Source of the DNA: Candidatus Methanomethylicia archaeon
GTDB lineage: Archaea > Thermoproteota > Methanomethylicia > Nezhaarchaeales > B40-G2
Length of the DNA: 64,000 nt
Assembly: GCA_029259155.1 (NCBI GenBank)
Contig: JAPDJI010000004.1
Span: 18,339 to 82,338 of the forward strand
Direction: 5' to 3'
Positions 11,702 through 21,647 of this stretch are shown here, one piece after another. The notes below the pieces were generated by a model that made no database searches, was not told the DNA's origin, and saw only the letters and a program-made list of their open reading frames with translations. Position numbers and translations under genes: made by a program. Numbering within the stretch: position 1 is the first letter of the stretch; every line of letters starts with the position of its first letter.

Positions 11702-13024
11702 GTGTACTTTTTGCCCTTATCTTCAGCCTCCTCCTTGGATAAGGAGCTTGGCATGTTATTCTACGCCTCCACTGTAGAAGGGATAGGAGGGAGGATTAAG
11801 TGGAGGTTGGAGGATTTTGTGGTAGAAGAGCTCGCAGCTCCAGGAAGGTTACTAGATCCTCCTTTAGGAGGAGGTTACACCCTTTTCCTTGTAGAAAAGA
11901 AAGGTATAGATACGTTCACGGCTGCAAGGAGATTGGCTAAAGCCTTAAAGGTACCTTTAAACGATGTTTCCTACGCAGGCTTAAAGGACGCTAATGCTGT
12001 AGCTGTACAGCGATTCTCGATCAAGGGAATGATACCCCTAAGCCTAGAAACAACCCCCCTTACTGGTCTGAAGATATTAAAGGTTCAACCTTTCCATAAA
12101 CCCCTAGCTAAGAAGGACCTTTACGGGAATCGTTTCACGGTGACGGTAAGAGCTATACCCCTAAATCCTGGCGAAGCCCTCAGCAAGGTTAGGATGGTAA
12201 TCTATCAGTTAATGAAGCGAAAAGGCTTCCTGAACTATTATGGCTACCAAAGGTTCGGGACCAAAAGACCTAACACCCATATCGTAGGGAGGTATATTGT
12301 CAAGGGTGACTTTGAAGCTGCTGTTAACGAATACCTCTTCCACGCCTATCCTGAGGAAGGTATCATTGTACGCAGGGCAAGAACAGCGGGTGATCTTAGA
12401 GAATCGTTGCGGCTGATGCCTAAAGGAATGGTGTATGAACGCCGAATGCTGAATTACCTTATTCACCACCCCAATGACTATGTTGGAGCCTTGAGGGTAC
12501 TTCCTAAAGCCTTACTGAGGCTTATAGTGGAGGCTTACCAAGCATATCTCTTCAACAAGACGCTAAGCTATAGAGTGCGAGCTATGCGTGACTATCATCT
12601 ACCTATGGAAGGAGATTACGTGGTAACTGAAGATCGCTCCTTTAAGGTTAAGGATACTAGTATGGTCGAGAAGTTCTCCTCGATGGTTGAGGAAGGCTCG
12701 GCATGCGTAGCTATCCCTCTACCTAGTTATGAGCTTAGGCTTCAGCCTCCACTTCCTCCTTTCTTAGAGAAGGTCTTGAAGGAGGAAAAGGTTTCATTAG
12801 AGGATTTTAAAGTCGAAGAGTTCCCCTACGCTAGTCTTCTTTCAAGGCCTAGAAAGATTGTTTGTAAACCTGAAGGCTTTACGATAATTGAGGTAGACAA
12901 AGACGAGCTTAACCCTCCCTTAACTAAGTTGACTTTACGCTTCATTTTAGAGAGAGGAACCTACGCTACATCGCTGCTAAGAGATATATTGAAGCCTATC
13001 GATCCTTCTAGCTCTGGCTTCTAA
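11702..13024 (+). CDS. truD: tRNA pseudouridine(13) synthase TruD/Pus7
   Basis: Has the YAGLKDA catalytic-Asp motif and NYYGYQRFG. The real start is probably the internal Met near 11750. Confidence 0.75.
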   Translation: MYFLPLSSASSLDKELGMLFYASTVEGIGGRIKWRLEDFVVEELAAPGRLLDPPLGGGYTLFLVEKKGIDTFTAARRLAKALKVPLNDVSYAGLKDANAVAVQRFSIKGMIPLSLETTPLTGLKILKVQPFHKPLAKKDLYGNRFTVTVRAIPLNPGEALSKVRMVIYQLMKRKGFLNYYGYQRFGTKRPNTHIVGRYIVKGDFEAAVNEYLFHAYPEEGIIVRRARTAGDLRESLRLMPKGMVYERRMLNYLIHHPNDYVGALRVLPKALLRLIVEAYQAYLFNKTLSYRVRAMRDYHLPMEGDYVVTEDRSFKVKDTSMVEKFSSMVEEGSACVAIPLPSYELRLQPPLPPFLEKVLKEEKVSLEDFKVEEFPYASLLSRPRKIVCKPEGFTIIEVDKDELNPPLTKLTLRFILERGTYATSLLRDILKPIDPSSSGF

Positions 13025-13063
13025 AAAACACCGTGCTTTTTACTTGGAAGCTCCTCAACGTTA

Positions 13064-13660
13064 TTAAAAAGACTGCAACTTTTTAAGAATGTGCCTTACG
13101 GCTTTCCTAACTTCTACATGGACTTCTTTAACGCTTTTACTGGCATCGACGAGGACATAGCCTTTTTCAAGAGCTCTCCTTCTAAGAATTTCCCTAACCT
13201 TTTCTAGGAAGCTTTCTTCTTCGAATACTTCCCTTCTTTCATGCTTTCTCGATAGGGCAAGCCTAGGTTCTAGGTCCAGAACCACCGTTAAAGCCGGTTT
13301 TGGGGCAAAGCTATTAATAGCTTCAATCCACTCCACCTCTGCTCCTTGGGCTCCTTGATATGCTATTGAGGATTCAAAATACCTGTCCGTAACCACTATG
13401 GCCCCTTCCCTTAGGGAAGGAGCTATGACTTTTGCTACGTGCTCGGCCCTATCGGCAGCAAAAAGGAGGGCTTCTATGTTTGCATCAACTCGTCCTTCCT
13501 TAAGTCTCCTTCTAATGAGCTTACCCACCCAGCCGCGGGTCGGCTCCTTGGTCAATATTACCTTAAACCCCTTTCTCTTGAGCCAGGATGACAATAACTT
13601 AGCCTGTGTAGTATTTCCTGCTCCATCGATGCCTTCAAGAGCTATGAGTATACCCTTCAC
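13064..13660 (-). CDS. tmk: thymidylate kinase
   Basis: 198 aa. Has the GIDGAGNTTQ P-loop, a DRY motif and a LID region. Confidence 0.85.
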   Translation of the reverse strand: MKGILIALEGIDGAGNTTQAKLLSSWLKRKGFKVILTKEPTRGWVGKLIRRRLKEGRVDANIEALLFAADRAEHVAKVIAPSLREGAIVVTDRYFESSIAYQGAQGAEVEWIEAINSFAPKPALTVVLDLEPRLALSRKHERREVFEEESFLEKVREILRRRALEKGYVLVDASKSVKEVHVEVRKAVRHILKKLQSF

Positions 13661-13676
13661 GTTTTCATCACCACAG

Positions 13677-14966
13677 CTAGACTGAGATCCTAGTCAACCC
13701 CTCTTGTCCAAAGATCTCCTTACAGGCTTTCTCCACTGCTTCCCTATGTTCATGAAGAGTGTACACCCTAATAACATCGGTGAACTTGGAGAGCGAGGAG
13801 AGCAGCTGCGAAACATCAGTTAACCTATGTATCTCACGCTCCCCCCTCTGTGTCCTTTTAAAAACTAGGATTTCTGCTCCATCTTTTGGGTGGACTGGGA
13901 CTGATAACACTGTAGGAACATCGACCACCACGTAATCCGGATCAACACAGGCCACTGCTCCAACTTCCTCCTCTAACTTTTTCCTTAGACTAGCTTTTCT
14001 GAGCAGACCGGCTAATGGGTCATCGCCTCTATGTACAACTGCCTCGTATGTACTCTTCAATAATTTACGTTGACTGAACATATATGCTAGCCTTCTAGCC
14101 ACCTCGGCTTTCCCGCCTCCTTGAAGTGAAAGAAGCGCGTGAAGCACTGAGTAGTCGTCCATTGAAAGAAACTCTTCTACATCACTAAACTTAGTTAGTC
14201 CTAGTTCTTCATCTGCATAGTTCATGGCCCTAGAGAGCATAACGTTAGCTGCTCTCACCGTCCTATGAAAGTATACAGCGTTGAACAATTCCAGCCTAGC
14301 TATGATGAAAGCTTCTAGGACATAGAAGGCACCTGGATAATCTACGGCTACTGAACCCTCTATCACGTCTATCGAATCTATCAGCCTATGGATATCAACT
14401 TCTCCAAATCCTACACCAGCAAAGTAAGAGTCTCTGACGATGTAATCCATGGTATCAGGTGATAACCTACCAGAAACTACTTGGTTTAAGAAGGCGGTGT
14501 CTTTACTTGTCAGTTTACCTACGCTTAAATCGGCTATCTCTTCTTTTGAGTAACCAGCTTCACTAAGTAAGTCTCCAACTTCACTTTCCTTTATGATCCA
14601 ATTAGTGAGGTCTTCATGGGTTAATCCTTTATGTTCGTTTAAGACCTCCTCGTATACATGGCTAAAAGGGCCATGGCCTAGATCGTGCAACAATCCAGCT
14701 ATCCTAAGTTTCTGAACTTCATCACTGCTTATGTAGCCTAGATAGTTTAGCCTTTCGGCTAGGAGCCCCGATAGGTGCATAACTCCGAGGGAGTGTAGAA
14801 ACCTAGTGTGGCAAGCTCCAGGATATGTAAGGTCAGAGCCTGCAAGCTGCTTAATTCGTCTAAGCCTTTGAACTGGGCTTGAATCTATTAACGCCTTTTC
14901 TACCTCTGTAAAGTATATGTAACCATGTACTGGATCCTTGATCTCTCCTACCCTCTTCAAACGCAT
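13677..14966 (-). CDS. HD-domain phosphohydrolase (dNTP triphosphohydrolase-like)
   Basis: 429 aa. Has the HTRF.HSLGV...HDLGHGPFSH HD motif. It lies next to tmk. Confidence 0.7.
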   Translation of the reverse strand: MRLKRVGEIKDPVHGYIYFTEVEKALIDSSPVQRLRRIKQLAGSDLTYPGACHTRFLHSLGVMHLSGLLAERLNYLGYISSDEVQKLRIAGLLHDLGHGPFSHVYEEVLNEHKGLTHEDLTNWIIKESEVGDLLSEAGYSKEEIADLSVGKLTSKDTAFLNQVVSGRLSPDTMDYIVRDSYFAGVGFGEVDIHRLIDSIDVIEGSVAVDYPGAFYVLEAFIIARLELFNAVYFHRTVRAANVMLSRAMNYADEELGLTKFSDVEEFLSMDDYSVLHALLSLQGGGKAEVARRLAYMFSQRKLLKSTYEAVVHRGDDPLAGLLRKASLRKKLEEEVGAVACVDPDYVVVDVPTVLSVPVHPKDGAEILVFKRTQRGEREIHRLTDVSQLLSSLSKFTDVIRVYTLHEHREAVEKACKEIFGQEGLTRISV

Positions 14967-15039
14967 GGTTCAACTCCTAACCTAGAGACGCTAAGCGATG
15001 CTATAAGTCGCTTCCCACTTAAATGAGTAGCTATGTTGC

Positions 15040-16308
15040 TTAGCTTTTCGTGGATCTAAGCTTCTTTGTAGCGTCCACCCCTACTTTACAGGTTATTCCC
15101 TGCTTACTACTTGAAGGATCGAGGCTTGACCCTCTAGCACCCTTAATCATTATCAAGTCCTCGTCACCCTGCACGTTTAAAGCGATAGCTCTTTCCACTT
15201 CTATTGGATCATCTACGTTTACGTCCCAGTCGACGATCACGACATGCTTAAGACTGGGGTGGCCTGTAAAGGCTGCTAACGCAGCGTTCTTCCCATCGCC
15301 CTCCCATTGTTTCCTTATAGCTACCACGGCGTGAAGCCAGTTGCAGCCGCCAGGTGTTAACCTCACTGCTTTAACTTCAGGTACTACGTTGCTCACAGCC
15401 TCCCAGATAGAGACTTCCCTTGGCATGCCCATGAGTAGCCTATGCTCACACCCTCCTGGGAGGATGGCGTGATATAGAGCTCCTCTCCTCATGCTAACCC
15501 TTAACACCCTGATGATAGGTTGTTGTCTAGCTTCGTCGTAAGTGCCTGTAACGTCGAGAAAGGGCCCTTCCAGTGCCGTCTCTCCGGGCTTTATCACACC
15601 TTCGATCAAGAGCTCTGCATCAGCTGGAACTAATAAGTCCACCTTGTTACACCGGGTCAATCTCAGTCTTCCTCCAAGTAACCTATTTGCTACCCAAAGC
15701 TCATCAACACCTAATGGAGGATTACAGCAAGCCGCGAATAACACCGCTGGGTGTATGCCTACCACTATAGCTACTTGAAGGTCAACTTCCCTCTCCACAG
15801 CTTTCTTGTAAAGGGCATAGAGATGGCGTGGAACCATCCTAATTGCCATTCTTTCCCGGTCAAGTACAAGTAGCCTATGTACTGAGGCGTTTTGGAAACC
15901 CTCATCTATGTCCTTAGCTACGACCATCCCAGCCGTTATGTAAGGCCCGGGGTCCTTTTCATAATACGTCAGTACGGGGAGTTTCTCAAGGCTTGAGCCT
16001 AGATCTACTTCATTAACAGGGGCATCGTCTACCACTACTGGTTCAATAGGGTTCCTTAAAGCCTCGCTCACTACTCTAAAATATGAAGCCTCCCTAACCC
16101 CCAAAGCTCTATAAATTCTCTCTCTAATGCCACATATCCCTCCAACCACTGTTAGCCCCTTGCCTTCAACATCCTGAAGCATCACCACGGGCCCTCCATC
16201 ATATTTAGCTAACAGCGAGGCGGCCTCCAGCCTTGACGATACCTTACCGCTAACATTCACCACTTCCCCTTTAGCCTCGCAATCTTTCAGGAAGTCTCGA
16301 AGGCTCAT
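15040..16308 (-). CDS. UbiD-family (de)carboxylase
   Basis: 422 aa. The length and conserved core suggest UbiD. I could not name a single diagnostic motif from memory. Confidence 0.65.
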   Translation of the reverse strand: MSLRDFLKDCEAKGEVVNVSGKVSSRLEAASLLAKYDGGPVVMLQDVEGKGLTVVGGICGIRERIYRALGVREASYFRVVSEALRNPIEPVVVDDAPVNEVDLGSSLEKLPVLTYYEKDPGPYITAGMVVAKDIDEGFQNASVHRLLVLDRERMAIRMVPRHLYALYKKAVEREVDLQVAIVVGIHPAVLFAACCNPPLGVDELWVANRLLGGRLRLTRCNKVDLLVPADAELLIEGVIKPGETALEGPFLDVTGTYDEARQQPIIRVLRVSMRRGALYHAILPGGCEHRLLMGMPREVSIWEAVSNVVPEVKAVRLTPGGCNWLHAVVAIRKQWEGDGKNAALAAFTGHPSLKHVVIVDWDVNVDDPIEVERAIALNVQGDEDLIMIKGARGSSLDPSSSKQGITCKVGVDATKKLRSTKS

Positions 16309-16376
16309 ATCCTAACTCTCCAGTTTAATATGAGAGAAGGTTGCCCCTTAAAAGGGAGGCTGTTAGGCTAGTAATC

Positions 16377-16455
16377 GGGCCCGTAGCTCAGCACGGACTA
16401 GAGCGGCGGCCTTCGGAGCCGTAGGTCGGGGGTTCGAATCCCCCCGGGCCCGCCA
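16377..16455 (+). tRNA. tRNA-Arg (anticodon UCG), CCA encoded
   Basis: GGGCCCG TA GCTC AGCACGGACTA GAGC G GCGGC CU-UCG-GA GCCGT AGGTC GGGGG TTCGAAT CCCCC CGGGCCC G CCA. No intron. Confidence 0.85.
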
Positions 16456-16723
16456 TTGCGGTGGCAGCTATGTTCCTCTCAAGCACTTGTCGCCCATCGT
16501 GAGGTCTCCAGGTGTTCACGGAAAGTCTTCCTCTGATCTACACATAGGTATTGTAATAGGTGTAATAATTTGTAGAGCGCTGCGTTGCTTTGGAGGTCAA
16601 TAAAGGTATACATGATCATAGGAAAACTATGTTTGCTAGGCAGAATGGTGGGAGGCGACGATAATTTGACGGAGAAGTACTTGTCGACAGGTGAAAATTT
16701 CGTTATACTAAGGTTTAAGTATT

Positions 16724-17413
16724 ATGATAATACGACTTATTCGTGAAAAAATGAGAAAGGTAATCGTAGCATCGACGATTATGCTACTTCTGCTATTTCC
16801 TATAGCAACCGTGCGAGCCACACCAGGCACTATTCAATTAATAGGGAAGGAGTGGGATCATGACAACTTAAAGGTCTACATAAAAGTATCACCTAAATTA
16901 CAGGACTACATTTCTGACGTCCTAGTAGCTCTCAACGATTGGTCTACAGCTTTAGAAGGTGCAAGCGAGAACACGGTAGATAATAGCGAGATAGGTGGCG
17001 AAGTAGATGGCATCTTTGATTTTCAGTTGGTCGACTCTTCTAGAGAAGCTGACATAGTCATTACCCTACATCGTGGCACCTTTGCCGGAGTTTTAGGCAT
17101 GGCTATTTTGCAGGATAAAGATAATGATGGCTACTTCGATAAGGTCAAGATATCTGTAAAAGTAGGAAGTGGTGTAGCTACAAGGGAGGACGTTAGAAAC
17201 GTGCTTCGTCACGAGTTAGGACATGCATTAGGTCTAGGTCATAGCGACGATCCAGGCGACCTAATGTATCCAACCTATGATGCGTCGAGCGTTAATGTGG
17301 ATGTGCTTCCATCATCCCTAGACGTGAATGCTTTGTTACACATATACTATAATGATGGTTTTGGCTTGCCAAACTTACCTCCTGAAATGATCCCACCAAG
17401 CTATTCTGAGTAG
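16724..17413 (+). CDS. secreted matrixin-like (peptidase M10, metzincin) zinc metalloprotease
   Basis: Has an N-terminal signal peptide (the probable start is the Met at 16751) and a perfect HELGHALGLGHSDDPGDLMYP motif (HExxHxxGxxH plus Met-turn). It sits in an AT-rich islet just 3' of the tRNA-Arg. Confidence 0.65.
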   Translation: MIIRLIREKMRKVIVASTIMLLLLFPIATVRATPGTIQLIGKEWDHDNLKVYIKVSPKLQDYISDVLVALNDWSTALEGASENTVDNSEIGGEVDGIFDFQLVDSSREADIVITLHRGTFAGVLGMAILQDKDNDGYFDKVKISVKVGSGVATREDVRNVLRHELGHALGLGHSDDPGDLMYPTYDASSVNVDVLPSSLDVNALLHIYYNDGFGLPNLPPEMIPPSYSE

Positions 17414-17510
17414 CTTCAGTAAGCATCACTCACCTTTATTTTTCCTTGTGAAATCATTGGGAAACAGCATATCTGTAGTCTGTCCTAGTTTTTGAAAAAT
17501 CCAGATAGAT

Positions 17511-17792
17511 CTAGAGGGCCCACTTTAAGAGCTCTTTCACCTGGTTAAAGATAAAGGTCTTATCGGGAAGTTGAACCTCAATTTTCTCAATGGGCATAGA
17601 GCTTAGTAGCTCCTTGGGTGTAAGTGAGCCGAAAGCCTTGCTCCATTCCACTTTGCTTGAGTCCCTGTCTTCAGCCTTAATAAAGCCGTTTATGACCATG
17701 GCGTAGCGAAGCCCCTTGAAGGTAACTACTATCCTTGCTGAAGCTTCACGTGCTCTCTTCGTGATAGCTGCAACCTCGGCCTGGGTTACCAT
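17511..17792 (-). CDS. hypothetical protein, operonic with hisS
   Basis: 93 aa. It overlaps the hisS start by 7 nt. Confidence 0.4.
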   Translation of the reverse strand: MVTQAEVAAITKRAREASARIVVTFKGLRYAMVINGFIKAEDRDSSKVEWSKAFGSLTPKELLSSMPIEKIEVQLPDKTFIFNQVKELLKWAL

Positions 17793-19084
17793 GAGGCCTC
17801 CTCCTTCAAGATCTTTATGGCATCTTCAAGCCTTACCATTTTCTCTAACCTCTTCTCCATGTCTCTGAGCCTTAACATGCCTTGACTTAGCTCCTTCCTG
17901 CCAACTATGAGGGCATACGGTATGCCTTTGGTATCAGTGTACTTAAGCTGGCGGTCAAGCTTTCGAGACATTAGGTCTACTTCAGCTGTTACACCTTCTT
18001 CTCTTAGCTTTGAAGCTATTTTAAGCGCTTCAAGCTTCACATCTTCGCTCACCGCTGCTACAAAGACTTTAGTCCTTGTTTTGATGCTGGGTAGTTTTCC
18101 TTCGATTCTCAAAACTTCCACAAGCCTATCCATACCTAGCGAGATCCCGGTAGCTGGTGTATGCGGCCCCCCCAGTAACTGGATTAACTCGTCGTACCTT
18201 CCTCCACCTGCCACGCTCCCTAGTTTTCCAGTCATACCTTCAACTACTACTTCAAAGATGGGTCCAGTATAGTAATCTAAGCCTCGAGCTAAACTAAAGT
18301 CGAGCATGAGCTTATCGGCATAGCCATAGACCTCAGCTAGGCGGTGAATGGTCTCGATTTCCTTTAACCCTTCAATACCTACGTCATCTCCCTCCACAAC
18401 TCTTCGCGCCTCTTCTGCTACTTCGTCTACCTTACCCTTTATGGATATGAAAGACAACAGTTTCTTTGCCTGCTCCTTAAGCCCTCTAGTTTCAAGCTCA
18501 GCCTTTACCCCCTCGAGACCTATCTTATCCATCTTATCTATCGCTCTGAAGGCATCAAGAAATTTTTCTTCAGGCACCTCTGAGAGACGTGCTAAGGCCT
18601 CTAGGATCTTTCGGTTGTTTATTTTTAGTTCAAACTTCTCCAACCCTAGCCTCCTCAAACATTCAACAGCCACTGCTAAAACCTCGGCGTCAGCCTCCAT
18701 GGATGCTACGCCTACTATATCGGCGTCAGCCTGCCAAAACTCTCTTAACCTGCCGCTCTGAGGCTCCTCATGTCGCCAGGCTCTAGATATGCAGTATCTC
18801 TTGAACGGTTTAGGCAACGTAGGGTTGCTAGCCACTACCCTAGCTAGCCCTACTGTCAAGTCAAAGCGTAACCCCAGCTCTCCTCCCTCTAACCTAAAGA
18901 TCTGTTTTTCAACTTCTTCTCCGCATTTAGCTATCAAGATTTTCCAGAGCTCTAAGACGGGGGTTTCAGCTTCGTCGAAGCCAAAGCTCTCAAAGACTTT
19001 CTTCACGGTATCTATTACATGCCTATACCTCAACGCATCTTCAGGTAGCAGGTCCCTTGTCCCTCTCGGCCTCTTAGGCTCCAC
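17786..19084 (-). CDS. hisS: histidyl-tRNA synthetase
   Basis: 432 aa class II aaRS. Has the HisRS motifs (RGTRD, GGGRYD) and an anticodon-binding domain. Confidence 0.9.
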   Translation of the reverse strand: MEPKRPRGTRDLLPEDALRYRHVIDTVKKVFESFGFDEAETPVLELWKILIAKCGEEVEKQIFRLEGGELGLRFDLTVGLARVVASNPTLPKPFKRYCISRAWRHEEPQSGRLREFWQADADIVGVASMEADAEVLAVAVECLRRLGLEKFELKINNRKILEALARLSEVPEEKFLDAFRAIDKMDKIGLEGVKAELETRGLKEQAKKLLSFISIKGKVDEVAEEARRVVEGDDVGIEGLKEIETIHRLAEVYGYADKLMLDFSLARGLDYYTGPIFEVVVEGMTGKLGSVAGGGRYDELIQLLGGPHTPATGISLGMDRLVEVLRIEGKLPSIKTRTKVFVAAVSEDVKLEALKIASKLREEGVTAEVDLMSRKLDRQLKYTDTKGIPYALIVGRKELSQGMLRLRDMEKRLEKMVRLEDAIKILKEEASW

Positions 19085-19095
19085 GAAGCTTCACC

Positions 19096-19641
19096 TCATA
19101 GCGATACCAGCGCTACTTCATAGTAACATACTTCGCCTTGTCTATTAACAATGGCCAGCACGGGCTCTTTACGTAGCGCTCTGGCAGTCTTTGTCATATT
19201 GTAGATGTTGTTTAGATCTAGAGGCTCACCTTCAATCACGCCGTAAACCAGGTACTTAGCTCCCTCCGAGCCTACTTCAGCTCCTCGCCTGTACACCCTA
19301 AATTCTACGCGGTCACTAAACCCCTCCTTGACCACATACCCCCTCCTTCTCAGGTCCGAGTATACAAGGTATTTAAGCCAGGTTTGAGGATCCTTCTTCA
19401 TCAACCTCTTTGCCACTTCATCGAACTCGAGCTCCTTTCCACTATCATCATAAACCCTTATCCTGCCCCTTTCAAGTAAATGGAGGACTTCGGCTGGGGA
19501 TAGCTTAAGCTTCCCAGATACGTATTCACCGTAATAACCTGTAGAGTAAAGTTCCCGAGCTTCCTCCTCGTCCTCCACTGTGAAGTCGTCCTCCTTGAAA
19601 AGGACCTTTAGCGGTTTTCGTTCCTGCTCCTCTCTGCTCAT
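19096..19641 (-). CDS. endA: tRNA-splicing endonuclease EndA-family subunit; the catalytic His position is substituted
   Basis: Has both an N-domain and a C-domain (YLVYSDLRRRGYVVKEGF...FRVYRRG ... KYLV ... LAIVNRQGEVCYY) matching EndA. Tyr and Lys of the triad are present. The His of the 'HSxYLV' block is replaced (GAKYLV). The start is taken at the internal Met to avoid overlap. Confidence 0.55.
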   Translation of the reverse strand: MSREEQERKPLKVLFKEDDFTVEDEEEARELYSTGYYGEYVSGKLKLSPAEVLHLLERGRIRVYDDSGKELEFDEVAKRLMKKDPQTWLKYLVYSDLRRRGYVVKEGFSDRVEFRVYRRGAEVGSEGAKYLVYGVIEGEPLDLNNIYNMTKTARALRKEPVLAIVNRQGEVCYYEVALVSL

Positions 19642-19684
19642 AGCTTTTAAACTAGGCGTGGCCGCGTGATTTAAACCTTGACCG

Positions 19685-20881
19685 CTAAGCGAAGTCTGGC
19701 AGCTTCTCGAGCTGTCGTAACACATAATTCCTTATCTCTTTAGGTTTAGGTAGTTCTCTGACAAGCTTTCCTTGCTTCAACAGCGGCTTTAGCATGCCTT
19801 CCATGACCTTGCCGCAGCGTGGACAAGTGGGTGGAGGCTCCTCTAAGGGCTTCACGGCTCTCTCCATGCAGTCAAAGCATCGGTAGACCTGTTTCCGTCC
19901 TGGCATTTTCCCTCTCTTCGAGATGGGTTTGCCTTCGACCTCAACTATGTCGAAAGCTAGATCTATGGAAGGTGGAAACATGATAGATGTACCTACACCA
20001 AACACATCTACCACGTCTCTAAGCCTAGCTATCGCGTATTCGTCGAGCCCTGCGCTTAACACTATCTTTACATGGCGATAACCGTGCAGGTTTAAAGTCC
20101 ATCGGGCTTCCTCAACGATTCTCCTAATATCTCCTCTCCTCGACTTTGGGGTGTCGAAACGAACTCCGTAGAGCTTTTCACCAAGAGCTTGGGCAGCCAT
20201 TAAAGCCTCTACCCTTTCATCAAACCAAGTGTCGCATAACGCTATGCGTAGAACGTTAGGTGGCATTACTTCATCGAAGGCTTTCCATGCCTCTACCTGG
20301 TTACCAATGATTATAATCAGCTCATGAGGTATAGTACCTACAGGCTCTTCACCTATTAGCTTTGCTCCCGCTACTCCTGAGACAGCGTCGCACCCTCCGA
20401 TGAAGGCTGCCCTATCGGCCATGGGGGCTATGGCTGGATGTATAGCCCTCACTCCAAAGGAGATTACCATTCTATCTCCGGCTGCTTTTTTACACCTAGC
20501 TGCTCTAGTAGCGATGCTCGAACTATGTCGAAGCAGTCCAAGAATGGGGGTCTCGTAGATCCCAAACTCGCTGTAAGGTCCTTCGACCCTGAGTACGGGT
20601 TCGTATAAGTTGAAGATGGAGCCTTCATCCATGGCGTAAACATCGACTTTTAATCCTTCGAGAAGCTTAACTGCCTCCTCAACGCCAGCAAATACTGCCC
20701 ACTCATAACCTTGAGGAAAGGAGTAAGCGTGGATATCCATGGCCACCTTCGTCTCTGCTATTCCTTTTTTCGCTAAGATCTCCCTCGTCCTAAGGTAGTA
20801 GATGTCAGTAGTTGATCCTCGTTTAATCTCTTCACTGGTTGCTACGAAGAGTTCTCCGTCCACATCCTCGCCCCCCGTCAC
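19685..20881 (-). CDS. nicotinate phosphoribosyltransferase-like protein with C-terminal Zn ribbon
   Basis: 398 aa. Resembles the archaeal NAPRTase family. Has a C-terminal CFDC...CPRCG zinc ribbon. Confidence 0.6.
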   Translation of the reverse strand: MTGGEDVDGELFVATSEEIKRGSTTDIYYLRTREILAKKGIAETKVAMDIHAYSFPQGYEWAVFAGVEEAVKLLEGLKVDVYAMDEGSIFNLYEPVLRVEGPYSEFGIYETPILGLLRHSSSIATRAARCKKAAGDRMVISFGVRAIHPAIAPMADRAAFIGGCDAVSGVAGAKLIGEEPVGTIPHELIIIIGNQVEAWKAFDEVMPPNVLRIALCDTWFDERVEALMAAQALGEKLYGVRFDTPKSRRGDIRRIVEEARWTLNLHGYRHVKIVLSAGLDEYAIARLRDVVDVFGVGTSIMFPPSIDLAFDIVEVEGKPISKRGKMPGRKQVYRCFDCMERAVKPLEEPPPTCPRCGKVMEGMLKPLLKQGKLVRELPKPKEIRNYVLRQLEKLPDFA

Positions 20882-20915
20882 CCTTCAAGGGACATTCACG
20901 CTATAAAAGGAGGAG

Positions 20916-21134
20916 CTATTTCACGCTTCCTCTCCTACGCCTAATAGCCTTAATGAGGCTATAGGCGTGGTACCACATCAATAGGGTACCTACCAGTATA
21001 CCTAGCCCAATTCCCAGTGCCTCGTTTCCCAAGACGTGTTTACCGGCGAAGTAGCCCACCAAAGCAAAGACTAGGAGGTCTAACCCCATGCCAAGGGCGT
21101 ACGCTGCCTCCCGCATGGAGCCTTGGCTTGACAT
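20916..21134 (-). CDS. small two-TM membrane protein (AtpZ/AtpI-like?)
   Basis: 72 aa with a Gly-rich TM pair. It lies downstream of atpK on the same strand. Confidence 0.4.
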   Translation of the reverse strand: MSSQGSMREAAYALGMGLDLLVFALVGYFAGKHVLGNEALGIGLGILVGTLLMWYHAYSLIKAIRRRRGSVK

Positions 21135-21217
21135 ACACCTTAACTAAGTCCTAGAAACCTTAAATAGGTATTCTTAGCCAGCCAACCTGTAGTGGAAATC
21201 TCTGCTGTGGAGGGAGT

Positions 21218-21601
21218 TTGATGGCAACCAAGCTTAAGCCTCTCTCAAGTATAGGTGCAGGTATCTGCCTGTTCATATACGGAGTGCTTATGTTAGGGTC
21301 AAGTATTCTCTTGGCCTCTTCAGGAGCTGGAGGAAGCTTCTTAGTCGTAGTCTTAGTAACAGGCCTCTTCGGCATACTAGCGCTAGTAGCAAGCGTAGGG
21401 CTATTTAATAATGCTAAGTGGGGTAAAATACTAGGTTTCGCGATACCAGCGCTGAGCGTTACTTTCAGCTTAATCTTCGCCGCGGCCACCATGGCTGGGT
21501 CTGGAATCCCCTTCATCGGATTGGCTGGTCTGCTACACGGAATGGCTACGGCCTTCGCTGCTTGGCTAATACTGTCCTCTGGAGCCTGGGCTTTTAAGTA
21601 A
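21218..21601 (+). CDS. hypothetical polytopic membrane protein
   Basis: 127 aa with several hydrophobic helices. Preferred over the overlapping minus-strand ORF 21160..21516. Confidence 0.45.
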   Translation: MMATKLKPLSSIGAGICLFIYGVLMLGSSILLASSGAGGSFLVVVLVTGLFGILALVASVGLFNNAKWGKILGFAIPALSVTFSLIFAAATMAGSGIPFIGLAGLLHGMATAFAAWLILSSGAWAFK

Positions 21602-21647
21602 GGCTCCCTCTTTTCTCTTAAAGTAAAAAAGTTGCTGGAACGTTGTT

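Noticed and set aside
18348-19148. Four plus-strand ORFs of 65-137 aa
   Set aside because: They are antisense to hisS and the EndA-like gene. They are Ser/Thr/Leu-rich and low-complexity.
21160-21516. 118-aa minus-strand ORF overlapping the 127-aa plus-strand membrane-protein ORF
   Set aside because: Its composition is Ala/Pro/Lys-rich and low-complexity. It is antisense to a clearly hydrophobic multi-TM ORF. Only one of the two can be real, and I prefer the plus-strand ORF.
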